From: an uncultured Fibrobacterota bacterium
Lineage (GTDB): Bacteria; Fibrobacterota; Chitinivibrionia; Chitinivibrionales; FEN-1185
NCBI GenBank assembly: GCA_963753345.1
Contig: CAVWBU010000035.1
Location: forward strand, 161,302 to 225,301
Direction: 5' to 3'
DNA length: 64,000 bases
The translations under genes and the position numbers were made by a program. This document shows positions 1 through 9,198 of the stretch, one piece after another. Each line of letters opens with the position of its first letter. Position 1 is the first letter of the stretch. The notes below the pieces were generated by a model, which saw nothing but the letters and a program-made list of their open reading frames with translations, did not search any database and was not told the DNA's origin.

Positions 1-847
1 TGCCTTCTACGCGCCACGCGTCCGCGTACGCGGAGTCCGGCATGCCGGTTCCGCCGATCCATTCGCCGCCGATGCAGGTGGCGGAAAGCGGCCGAAGCGT
101 GGCAACGTGCCGAGTTGTGGTGTCGCAGACAACGCCGAACAGCACGAGCGGCCCCACCACCTTGTCGAGCGTGAAACGCTTGGTGATGGGAGCAAACACC
201 GCCTCACGCAGCGGGTCGATCTTGTTGTTGCCGTTGTCGTCTAAAAACGCAAGCGCTTCGTAGGTCCCGCGGTGAATGTTGTCAAACGAGAACACGCCCG
301 CGCTGTCGGTCTGGGTGAGGTAGCTGGGCATGCCGAACAGCACCGTGTCGCTCGTCTGCGCTTCGCTCCGCGCAAACAGTGCGACCTTGGGCTGGATCGC
401 CTTGCCCTCGCCCACGACCACGCACCCGAACACCCGGCCGCTGTCGATGGTGGGACCGGTGGAGAAATAGTACTGGTACGGCGTACCGATGGAGTTGCCG
501 CGCAGATCGGAAAGCGTGGTGTTGAAAACAATGTGATAGGTCGTGGAATCCGAAAACGCGCGCTTGGGTTTGACGAGCACCTTTCTTCCCGACACGGAGA
601 TCTTGACGCCCCCTTTCAACGTGGGAAATACGGCAAGGCATTTGTCCGCGTTCTGGGTGTTGATCCATTTTGTAAACTTGAATACGATGACGCTTTTGAC
701 CGGGACCAGCCTGGAACCCAGCGGCGGCGAGGCCCACGCCACCTTCGGCGGCGTCTTGTCGTCGGGCCCGCCCGTGGGAGGGACCTGGTGGGCGCAGCAA
801 ACGATAAGGCAAGCTATCGTAGATGAAATAATGATGATTCTATTCAT
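1..847 (-). CDS. Ig-like (Big_5-type) domain lipoprotein, 3' end runs off the window
   Basis: Hand translation from ATG 847: MNRIIIISSTIACLIVCCAHQVPPTGGPDDKTPPKV...DLRGN..YYFSTG..IDSGRVFG..FSFDNI..GTYEALAFLDDNGN. Lipobox-like signal and GGP.D.TPP motif typical of FCB-group Ig-like lipoproteins. Absent from the ORF track because there is no stop in the window. Confidence 0.75.
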   Translation of the reverse strand, partial: MNRIIIISSTIACLIVCCAHQVPPTGGPDDKTPPKVAWASPPLGSRLVPVKSVIVFKFTKWINTQNADKCLAVFPTLKGGVKISVSGRKVLVKPKRAFSDSTTYHIVFNTTLSDLRGNSIGTPYQYYFSTGPTIDSGRVFGCVVVGEGKAIQPKVALFARSEAQTSDTVLFGMPSYLTQTDSAGVFSFDNIHRGTYEALAFLDDNGNNKIDPLREAVFAPITKRFTLDKVVGPLVLFGVVCDTTTRHVATLRPLSATCIGGEWIGGTGMPDSAYADAWRVEG

Positions 848-986
848 TATTATTGATAGAAGTCTCTATTTCTGGTAGTGGTTAATGCAAAAAGGAATGT
901 TTCAACCGGAATAGAAGAAATTACAATACTGCCATGGATGATATGGAGAGGAATTGGCGGGGATTATTGCAACAATGCTTAATAAA

Positions 987-1463
987 TCAGAAAGAGATGG
1001 GCGTTCCTGCCGCGTCCAATGCCCCGCCCATACGGTCGGATATGTCAATTTCATTGTCCAAATGATGTTCGAAACCCGTTGTCCAATTGGCAGGATTGTT
1101 CTTGATGTATTGACAAATGGCATATCTGGATTTGCCATCACGGATGATATGATCGTAATAATTGCGTTGCCATATTTTTTCAATCCCGTGTTGTCGAATC
1201 GCGTTGATTTGTTTGGACGCGGACGCGCGAATAACAATGATCCCGTGAATGTGGTTCGGCATAACGATGAATTCGTCCAAACGGATGCGGGGATAATGTG
1301 ACGGCGAATCGTTCCAACATTTACGAACAATATTTCCATAATCGTTTTGGACAATGATCCCGCCAACCACGTCCCCGAATAATTTTTGGTTCCGATCGTG
1401 AATGCAAACCGTGATGAAATACGCGCCGGGCAGGGAATAATCGTACCCGCGCAGACGAGCCAT
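987..1463 (-). mobile_element. REP-associated tyrosine transposase (RAYT, Y1 HUH family), possibly internally deleted
   Basis: RLRGYDYS.PGAYFITVC N-terminus, HUH motif VMPNHIHGII, WQRNYYDHIIR and catalytic-Tyr helix YIKNNP. The usual (I/V)xxFKS segment between HUH and WQR appears missing. Confidence 0.85.
995..1040 (+). repeat. Truncated 5' head of repeat A at the RAYT 3' end
   Basis: agatgggcgttcc..cgcgtcca....cggtcgg matches the head of the copy at 16320 (agatgggcgttcccgcgtccatgaggacgcggtcgg). Confidence 0.75.
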
Positions 1464-1465
1464 CC

Positions 1466-1567
1466 AATTTTAGAATGTAGATTTGAAATGCGAAATCAAT
1501 CCTACCTATGTCCTGACTGCACCTTCCGTTCTCTTGTCTGCAATCCGCATTCTACAATCCACAATTA
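1466..1567. repeat. Two facing heptamer tandem arrays (approx. GA(T/A)TG(T/C)N units) with a ~35 bp spacer
   Basis: + strand aatttta gaatgta gatttga aatgcga (1466-1493); - strand aattgtg gattgta gaatgcg gattgca (1566-1539). Confidence 0.65.
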
Positions 1568-1570
1568 ATT

Positions 1571-1584
1571 GGCGGGGCGCCCAT
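1571..1584 (-). repeat. Truncated 5' head of repeat A upstream of the RAYT gene
   Basis: atgggcgccccgcc is identical to the head of the copy at 12864, with the same AT-rich upstream context. Confidence 0.6.
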
Positions 1585-1593
1585 ATTAATATT

Positions 1594-2682
1594 TCACGAT
1601 TCCAATTCAATCTCCACGTTTCCCGGCGCAATGTCCCTGAGCTTCGCCGTGCCCGAACCGTCGGCGGTCCCGTGCCTTGTTTCTCCCGATGCAAGACGTG
1701 CCGTGAACTTCCTGTTAGCGGCAGCCTTGCCGTCCTTGTCGTTAAGCTGGATTTCCACATCGCCGTGAAGGTAGAGCGGCCCGGATTGCCCGGAAAGCTC
1801 GCCGATGCCGGCCTTGAAAAAGAAGAACGGAAGGCTGTACAGGCCCTTTTTGGTTTTTGCATTGCATATCGTCAGGAATTTTCCGTCGGCCTTCATGGTC
1901 CACTGCCGCCGCACCTGATTGTTTTGTACCACAGCCTCGATTGTTTCGAGCAGGTGATCTCCGTAATTGCCGTCGCGGACATAAATATCGAGCACCGCCT
2001 TTTCCCCGTTGTCAACGCCCTCCGTATCCACCTCAAGAGAAACCGGCTTTCCCGCATCGGCCTCCCGCGCCGACCACGCGACGTTGACAATTGCGCGAAG
2101 CGTCACGGCGTAGCTGCCCTCGGGAACGGAGGTCATGGCGATGCGGCCGCCGAGCACGCCGCTCCGTTTCGCCTTGTCCGGGTATTCGAGCGTATAGCGC
2201 ATGCCGCCCACGGGCAGGTTGGCGTCGTCCACAAAACTCATGTCGAGGAAATGGTCGCCCTGCTTGTTTGTCTGAGGGGATTGATGGGACATGGCGGCGC
2301 TTGCGAGCGCGCCTGCCGTTGCGGTTCCTCCGCCGCCACCGCCGCCCGCGCCGGCGCCCCCGCTTCCTCCGCCCGCGCCCGCTTCACCGATGAGAACGGT
2401 CATGCATCCCACAATGATGGAGCTGGGCGGACCCACGCACATGGCCATGTCGCCCATGCGTGCGGCGGGCATGCCGCCGATGAACACGCCGGTGCTGCCG
2501 AGGAGAATGGATCCGCCCACGTGGGGAATGGGCGGCGTGCCGGGAGTCGCCATGGGGCACACGTGCATGTCGCCCATGCGGGCCGCGGGCATGCCGCCGA
2601 TGAGCACGGTGGGGCAGCCGGGCCCGGTAATCACCCCGCCGTGGCAGGTGGAATCGCCGAGTCGCGCAGCGGGTTTACCCAT
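1594..2682 (-). CDS. PAAR-repeat spike-tip protein with Gly-rich linker and C-terminal extension
   Basis: Three PAAR motifs (PAARLGD, PAARMGD x2) with His/Cys ligands, a poly-Gly linker, then ~230 aa of beta-rich sequence. Confidence 0.92.
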   Translation of the reverse strand: MGKPAARLGDSTCHGGVITGPGCPTVLIGGMPAARMGDMHVCPMATPGTPPIPHVGGSILLGSTGVFIGGMPAARMGDMAMCVGPPSSIIVGCMTVLIGEAGAGGGSGGAGAGGGGGGGTATAGALASAAMSHQSPQTNKQGDHFLDMSFVDDANLPVGGMRYTLEYPDKAKRSGVLGGRIAMTSVPEGSYAVTLRAIVNVAWSAREADAGKPVSLEVDTEGVDNGEKAVLDIYVRDGNYGDHLLETIEAVVQNNQVRRQWTMKADGKFLTICNAKTKKGLYSLPFFFFKAGIGELSGQSGPLYLHGDVEIQLNDKDGKAAANRKFTARLASGETRHGTADGSGTAKLRDIAPGNVEIELES

Positions 2683-2700
2683 GCTTCTTCTCTGTGTCTT

Positions 2701-3759
2701 TTAGTTTGCAAACGGGACATACCTTATTGTCAACTCGAGCCCCTTTGAGATCCTGATGGACGAGATGAACCGCCAGATGTCCCACTGCTTTCCGCCAAGG
2801 GAAACGGTGCCCGCCTGCAGCATGTAGGTGGTGACGCGGCCTTCCTGGCGAAACCGTATCATCCTGCAGTCCTTGATAAGGAGTTGCTTGAGCACGCCGA
2901 TCAGCGCGGAAATCTGGTCGCCGTCGGTGATGGCATGCATGCCGGCGTTGAGCCCGGCATCAATCTGCGCGGAGTCATTTTTCCAGTCGTCCGATCCCTT
3001 GCCGCCGTTCACGCTGTCAACGAAATCCTTGATGCGCGAGGGGCCGTCGTCTCCGATGAGGAGGCCCGGCGAGTTGATCACGCCGAGGTCGTTGGGATTT
3101 ATGGTGAGGGGCGATAGGATGTCGAAGAGCTCGAAGCGCGTGTCCGTGTCGTCTATAAATTCGAAATCGGACATGGCGAGCTTGTCGTAGCGCGCGCCCT
3201 TGCGCACCTCCGCGTACTTAATCTGGAACACCGTCGAGCTGAACGCCGTGTCGGTGTTGAACCAGAAGAAGCACTTGCGCATGTTGACTTCCTCATGGGT
3301 GAGCGGGCCGCGCGTGCCTTCGCGCGCGTCCCAGTCGAACGTGAACTGGAAGGCGGGTTTTTCGTCAAGTTTCACCGTGATCATTTTGGGCACGCTGTTG
3401 TCCTCGAGGCAAATGAAGTCTTTCCTGCATCCCGGTCCGAGCACCATGCCCTTGATCTTCTTCTTGTCCGGAAACCTGATCTCCATCCATTGCCCTTCGC
3501 CGCTAGTCTGGCTGCCCTCAACCCATGTAGTGGTGGAATCGGTATCGAACATGTGCAGGAGAACGTTGGAAGTCGGATCGTTCCTGCTCCCCATGAGCTC
3601 CGAGGACCCGCGCACGATGGCGGTCCTTCCGTCGATGACCAGGGTGTCGTTGACGATGTAGACGGTTGCGGCGGCCGAAAACGGCGCGACACAGAGCGTC
3701 GGGAGAACAAGCAGGCGCGCGAGCGCAGAAACCGGACGGCTGAGGCGGCAAGGGTTCAT
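2701..3759 (-). CDS. Exported protein with discoidin/F5-8-like glycan-binding domain
   Basis: Hydrophobic signal ending in AAA; motif FDTDSTTTWVEGSQTSGEGQWMEIRF; later ..YAEVRKGARYDKLAMSDFEF. Confidence 0.6.
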   Translation of the reverse strand: MNPCRLSRPVSALARLLVLPTLCVAPFSAAATVYIVNDTLVIDGRTAIVRGSSELMGSRNDPTSNVLLHMFDTDSTTTWVEGSQTSGEGQWMEIRFPDKKKIKGMVLGPGCRKDFICLEDNSVPKMITVKLDEKPAFQFTFDWDAREGTRGPLTHEEVNMRKCFFWFNTDTAFSSTVFQIKYAEVRKGARYDKLAMSDFEFIDDTDTRFELFDILSPLTINPNDLGVINSPGLLIGDDGPSRIKDFVDSVNGGKGSDDWKNDSAQIDAGLNAGMHAITDGDQISALIGVLKQLLIKDCRMIRFRQEGRVTTYMLQAGTVSLGGKQWDIWRFISSIRISKGLELTIRYVPFAN

Positions 3760-3832
3760 AATGGTTCCTTTGAAAAAATTGGTCTGCAGGGGCACCTCTC
3801 AAAAATGGCATTTCGCAGGGCAGGGGAGCACG

Positions 3833-6004
3833 TTAGTTTATCATCACCATGGTTCCCTTGACTTTTGCCATCACGTCGCCCGACACCTCGGTCATCATTC
3901 CTTCGAGTTTTGCCTGCATGCTTCCCTTGACCGATGCGTTCATCTGGGCCTCCAAGGTCACGTTCATGCCCTTGACTTCCACGTCCGTGTCCGCTTTTTC
4001 GCTGATTTTCATTCCCGCCATGGTGAAATCGGTGGTCGCCTTCTGTTCGATTTTTCCTTGTGACGACAGCGAGATGTTCGCCGCCTTTATCGTAAGGTCT
4101 TTTGCCGCGCTTATGGTGATTTCGCCCTGCGAATCGAGGAGCAGCTTGCCGCTGTTGCCGTCGAGCGTCACGGTATTTTTTCCCGCGGCGTCGGTGAGGC
4201 CGATCTTCTTTCCGTTGTCGTCCATTTCGAGGAGGTTGCCCGCCTTGGTCTGAATTGTCAATTTCTTGTTTGTGTCGTCTATCCTGATAACGTGGCCGCC
4301 GTCCGTTGTAATAACGATGCCTTCGCTGCCGCTCTTATAGGTCATGGTGATGGAGTGGCTCTTCGCGTTCCACGACGCGCATTCGTTCTTGTCGTCGAGC
4401 ATGAGCTTGTTTTTGTCCTTGGTCTGGACAAACGCGCATTTGAGGTCGTCGTCCATTTCGAGGGTGTGCTGCGCGTTGGTGGTGAGCCGCACCTTCTGCT
4501 TGGCGTCGGTGTCGTCGAGCAGAAGCTCGTTGCCGCCCGCGGTGCGGATCACGTTCTGCTCCTTGTTCGCGCTTGCCACCGGGGAGACCGTGTTGGCGTT
4601 GGGAACCGTGGCGAGGCCCAAGGGCCGGTCCGGGTTGCCGTCGATGCACGCCCACACCATCTCCGTGCCCTCGTGGGAGGGAAAGTGCATGCCGTAGTTC
4701 GATCCGGCATAGGGCTGCGCGAGCCGGATATAGCGCGATGCATCGTAGTTCTTCGCGTTCGACACATCGAACGGCATCCGGACCTTGTAGCGCCCCATGT
4801 CGTCGAGGCCGGCGTAGCTGGAGCCGCTCGCCTCTATGGCGGCGGTCATGATGCCGCTTATGCGCGGGGCGGGCGTCACCGGAATGGGCCGGAAGGCGTC
4901 CGCCTGTGCGGCCGGGATGCAACAGAAGCGGTTGGCATAGGTGTATACGTTCGCGCTCTCGCCTTCCATGGTGTGGCTTCCCTGGTGCTCCACCCGCGTG
5001 AGCACGTATTTGCCGTTGACGGCATCGAGAAAGTGCTCGGTGAGCGTGAACCGTTTCGCCGCGCGCATGCCGCGGCAGTTGCCGCTTCCCTCGTACACGA
5101 GCCTGTGCGCCGCATACCGGTTGGCGGTTATTTCGGCGAGCCTGTCGGCCTCGGTGGTGTTCTTGAAATGGCCGCCGTATTCGTACACGGTGCCGGTGTC
5201 GCCGCTCTTTACCGGCTTGCGGGCCGAAAGGTTGATTTCGGGCGTGCGGTAATTGTAGTCCCTGAGGAGCACCTCCCTCGGCACGATCCGCCGTAGCGAC
5301 TCGAAGCCGTGGATGGACTCCTTGTCGTCTTTGTCAATCTGCTCGGCCATGCCCGAGACGGAGCGGTACAGGACGTCGGAGGAGGTCGCCACGAAATCGA
5401 ACGACGACGGCTTGTCGGAAACAACGAGTTTCTCCGCGCCGCAGCTGCCGTCGAGCTCCTCGGCCAGAATGGGATTCTCGTTGAAGAAGTACCAGAGGCC
5501 CGCCGCCTCCATGAGGCGCGCGATGAAATTGAGATCCGATTCCCGGTACTGCACCACGTACTCAAGTTCCGGGTATTTCCCTTCGTCAACCTGTAGTGTG
5601 CAGTAGTCTGAGAGGCCTGCGGCGTCGAGCACCTGCTTGACAATCCGGCTCACCTTTATCTTCTGGAAGATGCGGGTCTGCACGTTGAGGTTGAGGAGCC
5701 ACAGGCGCGGGACGAGCGTGAGCACGTAGGTGGCGCGGTCGAGGCTCTTGCCCACGAACCGGAACTCCGAGACGATGCCCGAATAGGGGTAGTATTCGCC
5801 GTCGCGGAAGATGTACAGGGTTGCCGCCTTGTTCACTACGCTGTCGGGCGAGAGGTCGGCCTTCTGCGCAATGAGCATGATGTTGAATTGGTACACCGAG
5901 GAAATCCTGTCGGTGCCGGCAAAATTCATCACCTCGAACGACTCGGCCGGCAGGCCTGCCGAAAAGAAGTAGAACTGGGCGCGGTTGGCTTTTTGCAAGG
6001 GCAT
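3833..6004 (-). CDS. vgrG: Type VI secretion/contractile injection spike protein VgrG (TssI)
   Basis: YVVQYRESDLNFIARLMEAAGLWYFF, RDYNYRTP, DDMGRYKVRMPFD, RLAQPYAG..YGMHFP, DGNPDRP, followed by gp5-like beta-helix repeats. Confidence 0.95.
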   Translation of the reverse strand: MPLQKANRAQFYFFSAGLPAESFEVMNFAGTDRISSVYQFNIMLIAQKADLSPDSVVNKAATLYIFRDGEYYPYSGIVSEFRFVGKSLDRATYVLTLVPRLWLLNLNVQTRIFQKIKVSRIVKQVLDAAGLSDYCTLQVDEGKYPELEYVVQYRESDLNFIARLMEAAGLWYFFNENPILAEELDGSCGAEKLVVSDKPSSFDFVATSSDVLYRSVSGMAEQIDKDDKESIHGFESLRRIVPREVLLRDYNYRTPEINLSARKPVKSGDTGTVYEYGGHFKNTTEADRLAEITANRYAAHRLVYEGSGNCRGMRAAKRFTLTEHFLDAVNGKYVLTRVEHQGSHTMEGESANVYTYANRFCCIPAAQADAFRPIPVTPAPRISGIMTAAIEASGSSYAGLDDMGRYKVRMPFDVSNAKNYDASRYIRLAQPYAGSNYGMHFPSHEGTEMVWACIDGNPDRPLGLATVPNANTVSPVASANKEQNVIRTAGGNELLLDDTDAKQKVRLTTNAQHTLEMDDDLKCAFVQTKDKNKLMLDDKNECASWNAKSHSITMTYKSGSEGIVITTDGGHVIRIDDTNKKLTIQTKAGNLLEMDDNGKKIGLTDAAGKNTVTLDGNSGKLLLDSQGEITISAAKDLTIKAANISLSSQGKIEQKATTDFTMAGMKISEKADTDVEVKGMNVTLEAQMNASVKGSMQAKLEGMMTEVSGDVMAKVKGTMVMIN

Positions 6005-6028
6005 GGAAGTCTCCTTATGTATGATAGA

Positions 6029-8185
6029 TCAAAGATTCACTATTTTTCCCGCCGCGTTCTTTGCGTCCTTTTCCGCGTTCGGGTCGATCGACTTTGCAAG
6101 GTCTGCCGCCGCGCCCGCGCCCGCGGGCAGAAACGACGAGAGGTCGACCGAAAGGCTCGAAAACAGGTTGTTCACAAACGCATCCGCCTCCGCGCCCGAT
6201 GCGGTGAACGCCACGTTCCCGTTTACGTTTTTGCCGATGCCGGGAATTGCCTTGAGCGAGATGATGCCGCTCAGGTTTCCGCTCTTGTGCTCAAGAGCGA
6301 ATGGAACGGCCATGGTCGCTCCCGCCATTGCCGACAGCGCGCCCATGGACTGCACGCTGCCGAGTTTCCGAAACTCCCCGCTCTCCGAAGCGCGCCATTC
6401 CACGGTCGCCGCAAGCGTACCCTGTCCTGCAACGGCGGCGCCCACCGACGGGATCCCGCCCGGCAGGGATCCTCCCGCCGTTTTCGAGCCGAACGCGTAG
6501 CCGGAAAGCTCGATGTGCATCCGCACAAAGCAATGGGCGCCAGGCTTGACAAGGCGCGAGAGAAGGGGCACGGCCTTGACTACGGCAACGAGGTCGAACC
6601 CCTGGTTGTCCGGAACGTCCCATTTTGCGTTCGCAATGCCGTCGACGACCGAGCCATTGTTGAACCACGAAAGAAACGACTGCGCCGCGCTCGTCACCTC
6701 GCCGGTTTTCTTTTCGATGAAATCGATGACGTTTGTGAACTGCGACGAGACGAGCGACGAAAACCCGTCCTGGGATCCGGTCAGGTCGGAGCAGTACTTG
6801 TGCACCACGCACGCGAACACGTACTCGATGAGCCGCATGCCCTCGTCCGATTGCACGTCGAACGCCAGCGAGCCGCTCCCGGACAGTCCCTTTACGTATT
6901 TGAGCGGCACGGAGACTCGGAGCGTTTTGTCCGAGAAAGCAACCGAGAGCTGAGAAGCGGTGCCGAGCGGCGCAGTGAGGTCGACGGTGGCGAGATCGGC
7001 GAACTCCTGTTGTTCGCCCTTGCTCCAGCTTATTGCGCCGGAAAGTTTGCCCTGTGCCTGCGCGGAGCCGGCAGCGCCGAGATTGGCTTGGGGAACCGGC
7101 GGAACGCCGCTGCCGAAGGAAAGTCCGGGCAGGGAAATAAAATGCGAGAGCTCGCCTTCAGCGCAGGCATAGCCTTTTGCCGCAATCGAAAGCCGCAGCA
7201 GACAGGCGGGCGAAGCTCCCTGCTTCGATTGCGCAACGCCGAACAGATCGAACAGGTTGACCCCGGATTCGCCGGGAAGGTACCATGCGCCCGACAATGT
7301 GCCTGTGTCAAGCGCGAACCCGAGATTGCCCGCGTCGCCGAGCGGGATCTTCTTTTCCAGTTCGTCAAGTTTGTCGGAAAGCCCGCACCCGGCAACGAAC
7401 CGCACGAACCGCGCCGTGACGGCCGAGGAGAACGTCTGGGCTGCACCCGATGCGGCTGCCTGCGCATCGGCGAATTTCCACTGCCACGGCCATGCGCCTT
7501 TTTCCTGCGCGCCGGGGCAGAGCGCCGAGAGCGCGTCGCTTGCCAGGCCGGTGTCGCCGTCGCTTTCCCTGAGGCTGTCGAGCATGTCGCGCACCGAAGC
7601 GTCGGCCGCGTCTTTCCAGGTTCCTGTGCCTGAAATGCGTTTGGGCCGTACAAAGAGCCGGGCAAGCGATTCGTCCCAGTCCGGGTGCTTGGTGACCGCA
7701 ATGAGTTCGTCGATTGCGTCCTTTGGCGCGCTTTTGAGCCCTTCGAAAAAGGTCTCCGCCTCGCGGGAGAGGTCCTGCATGGCGGTGAGCATCGCCGCGA
7801 AGTCCTGCCCTTGCCATCCGTCAAGTATCTTCTGCGCCAGGTCTTTGGCCGCGTTCGCCTCGTCGCTGAGCGCGGCAAAGGCGTTGTCCTTTGCGGCTTC
7901 CAGAACGCAATATTTCTTGAGCGCCGGCGAAAAGAATATCATGACGTCGGTTGCCTTTTTTGCAAAGAGCGTAAGCGTGACGGTCGATTTCCCGCCGCTT
8001 GACTCGCGCGATTTCTCGCCGTACAGCCGCGGCGGGATGGACAGCGCCGTGCCTTGTGCGGGAGGCTGGGAATCGTCCTTGACCTTGTTGAATGAGGCAA
8101 GCGGCTTTGCCGCAGCCTCGTCGCCGAAGAACTTCTTTGCCAGCGATGAGAACGTGTCGCCCGATGCAACCGTGTAGTCGGCCAT
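6029..8185 (-). CDS. LysM-domain protein, putative VgrG-associated effector
   Basis: N-terminal YTVASGDTFSSLAKKFFGD...GTALSIP LysM domain; RBS aaagga before ATG 8185; directly upstream of vgrG. Confidence 0.7.
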   Translation of the reverse strand: MADYTVASGDTFSSLAKKFFGDEAAAKPLASFNKVKDDSQPPAQGTALSIPPRLYGEKSRESSGGKSTVTLTLFAKKATDVMIFFSPALKKYCVLEAAKDNAFAALSDEANAAKDLAQKILDGWQGQDFAAMLTAMQDLSREAETFFEGLKSAPKDAIDELIAVTKHPDWDESLARLFVRPKRISGTGTWKDAADASVRDMLDSLRESDGDTGLASDALSALCPGAQEKGAWPWQWKFADAQAAASGAAQTFSSAVTARFVRFVAGCGLSDKLDELEKKIPLGDAGNLGFALDTGTLSGAWYLPGESGVNLFDLFGVAQSKQGASPACLLRLSIAAKGYACAEGELSHFISLPGLSFGSGVPPVPQANLGAAGSAQAQGKLSGAISWSKGEQQEFADLATVDLTAPLGTASQLSVAFSDKTLRVSVPLKYVKGLSGSGSLAFDVQSDEGMRLIEYVFACVVHKYCSDLTGSQDGFSSLVSSQFTNVIDFIEKKTGEVTSAAQSFLSWFNNGSVVDGIANAKWDVPDNQGFDLVAVVKAVPLLSRLVKPGAHCFVRMHIELSGYAFGSKTAGGSLPGGIPSVGAAVAGQGTLAATVEWRASESGEFRKLGSVQSMGALSAMAGATMAVPFALEHKSGNLSGIISLKAIPGIGKNVNGNVAFTASGAEADAFVNNLFSSLSVDLSSFLPAGAGAAADLAKSIDPNAEKDAKNAAGKIVNL

Positions 8186-8196
8186 TGCCGGTCCTT

Positions 8197-8634
8197 TCAC
8201 TGTCCGAGTGATTCATTGCCGTGGAGCCACGCCGCAAGCGGCCCCTTTGCGCGAACCTCTTCCGGAACGCGCACCGCCGCGAGCGCGCCGGCATCCCACA
8301 GGGCTTCGAGAAAATGCAGCCTGCCTTCGATGTCGCCGTATTCCGTAACGAAAAACTCCTGCCGCACCGAAAGGTATTCCTCCGCGGAAAGCTGCGAGAC
8401 GATGTCTTCCACCGTGCCAACAAGGTCGACAAGGGACTCGCGGTCGATAAGCCGCCGCACCTCGTCGAATGAGGCGGGGAGAAAGGGGCACTCCTGCGGC
8501 GACGCTCCCATATGCCGTTTGTGGACAAACAGTAATTTTCCCGGAAACACATATCCGAACCTGAGGCGCTCGCACGGCTTTGACAGGCAGCTTTTGCAGC
8601 CGGGAAAAGAAAGAATGGCTTTGGATTCGTGCAT
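8197..8634 (-). CDS. Hypothetical protein with Cys cluster (CxxCxxxxC...C), first gene of the VgrG cassette
   Basis: ORF whose stop lies 11 bp before the LysM start. Start uncertain (8634 or 8697). Confidence 0.55.
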   Translation of the reverse strand: MHESKAILSFPGCKSCLSKPCERLRFGYVFPGKLLFVHKRHMGASPQECPFLPASFDEVRRLIDRESLVDLVGTVEDIVSQLSAEEYLSVRQEFFVTEYGDIEGRLHFLEALWDAGALAAVRVPEEVRAKGPLAAWLHGNESLGQ

Positions 8635-8709
8635 GGCGCGGTCCTGGGGGATGAATAGATAGAATATAAATACGGGGGAAAGGATGATTTGTGACATGAG
8701 TCACAAAAA

Positions 8710-8763
8710 AATGTAGATTGTGGAATGAAGAATGTAGATTGATCAGGTGCAGTTAGGACACAG
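8710..8763 (+). repeat. Heptamer array followed by AGGTGCAGTTAGGACA, an inverted copy of 1506-1567
   Basis: aatgta gattgtg gaatgaa gaatgta gattgat then aggtgcagttaggacacag, versus aggtgcagtcaggacatag on the - strand at 1524-1506. Confidence 0.55.
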
Positions 8764-8877
8764 AGTCAACGTGGTGGACCGTGCAAGGCCGGAAATGTTC
8801 AGCCCTCGAAGGGCCGTTATTCAGTGCCATAGAGCAGACATCTGCTTGACGTTAAGCTCGTCAATACACATATAAAT

Positions 8878-9055
8878 TGAATGGCTAGGTCGTTCACCCA
8901 CGCTTTCCAGGGGGGTGGCGGCGCTTTGGCCGCCGGGGGTTGTGGTATAGACAAGCATGGTTTGTCATTTCATTTCTTAAGGGTAAGGTAGTGGCGCTTC
9001 GCGCCATTTATTATGTCATTTTGCCCTTTCCTTGCCGGTCTTAGGGCCGGCGAGG
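8878..9055 (-). repeat. Repeat C copy 1: palindrome-rich miniature element, possibly IS200/IS605-derived
   Basis: 8963-9035 aligns over ~70 nt with 60179-60250 (tgtca..taagggtaaggtagtggcgcttcgcgcc..attatgtc.ttt.gcc.tttcct.gc). Both end in ATTCA on the - strand. Confidence 0.65.
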
Positions 9056-9198
9056 CCCTACCAGTATTTTATCTTTTATTGGATTTTGTATTTCTCCTTT
9101 TCTCCCGATATATTTTTAAGCATGGATACCGTCGACCATCATCATGCACTTCCGGACTCTCCGGGGTGCATTTTTGTTATCTGCAAAGCGAGGTGACT

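Noticed and set aside
8760-9198. Possible purine riboswitch upstream of guaB
   Set aside because: Core motifs (UAUAAU..AUAUGG..GUUUCUACC..CCGUAAA) absent; the hairpins are explained by repeat C.
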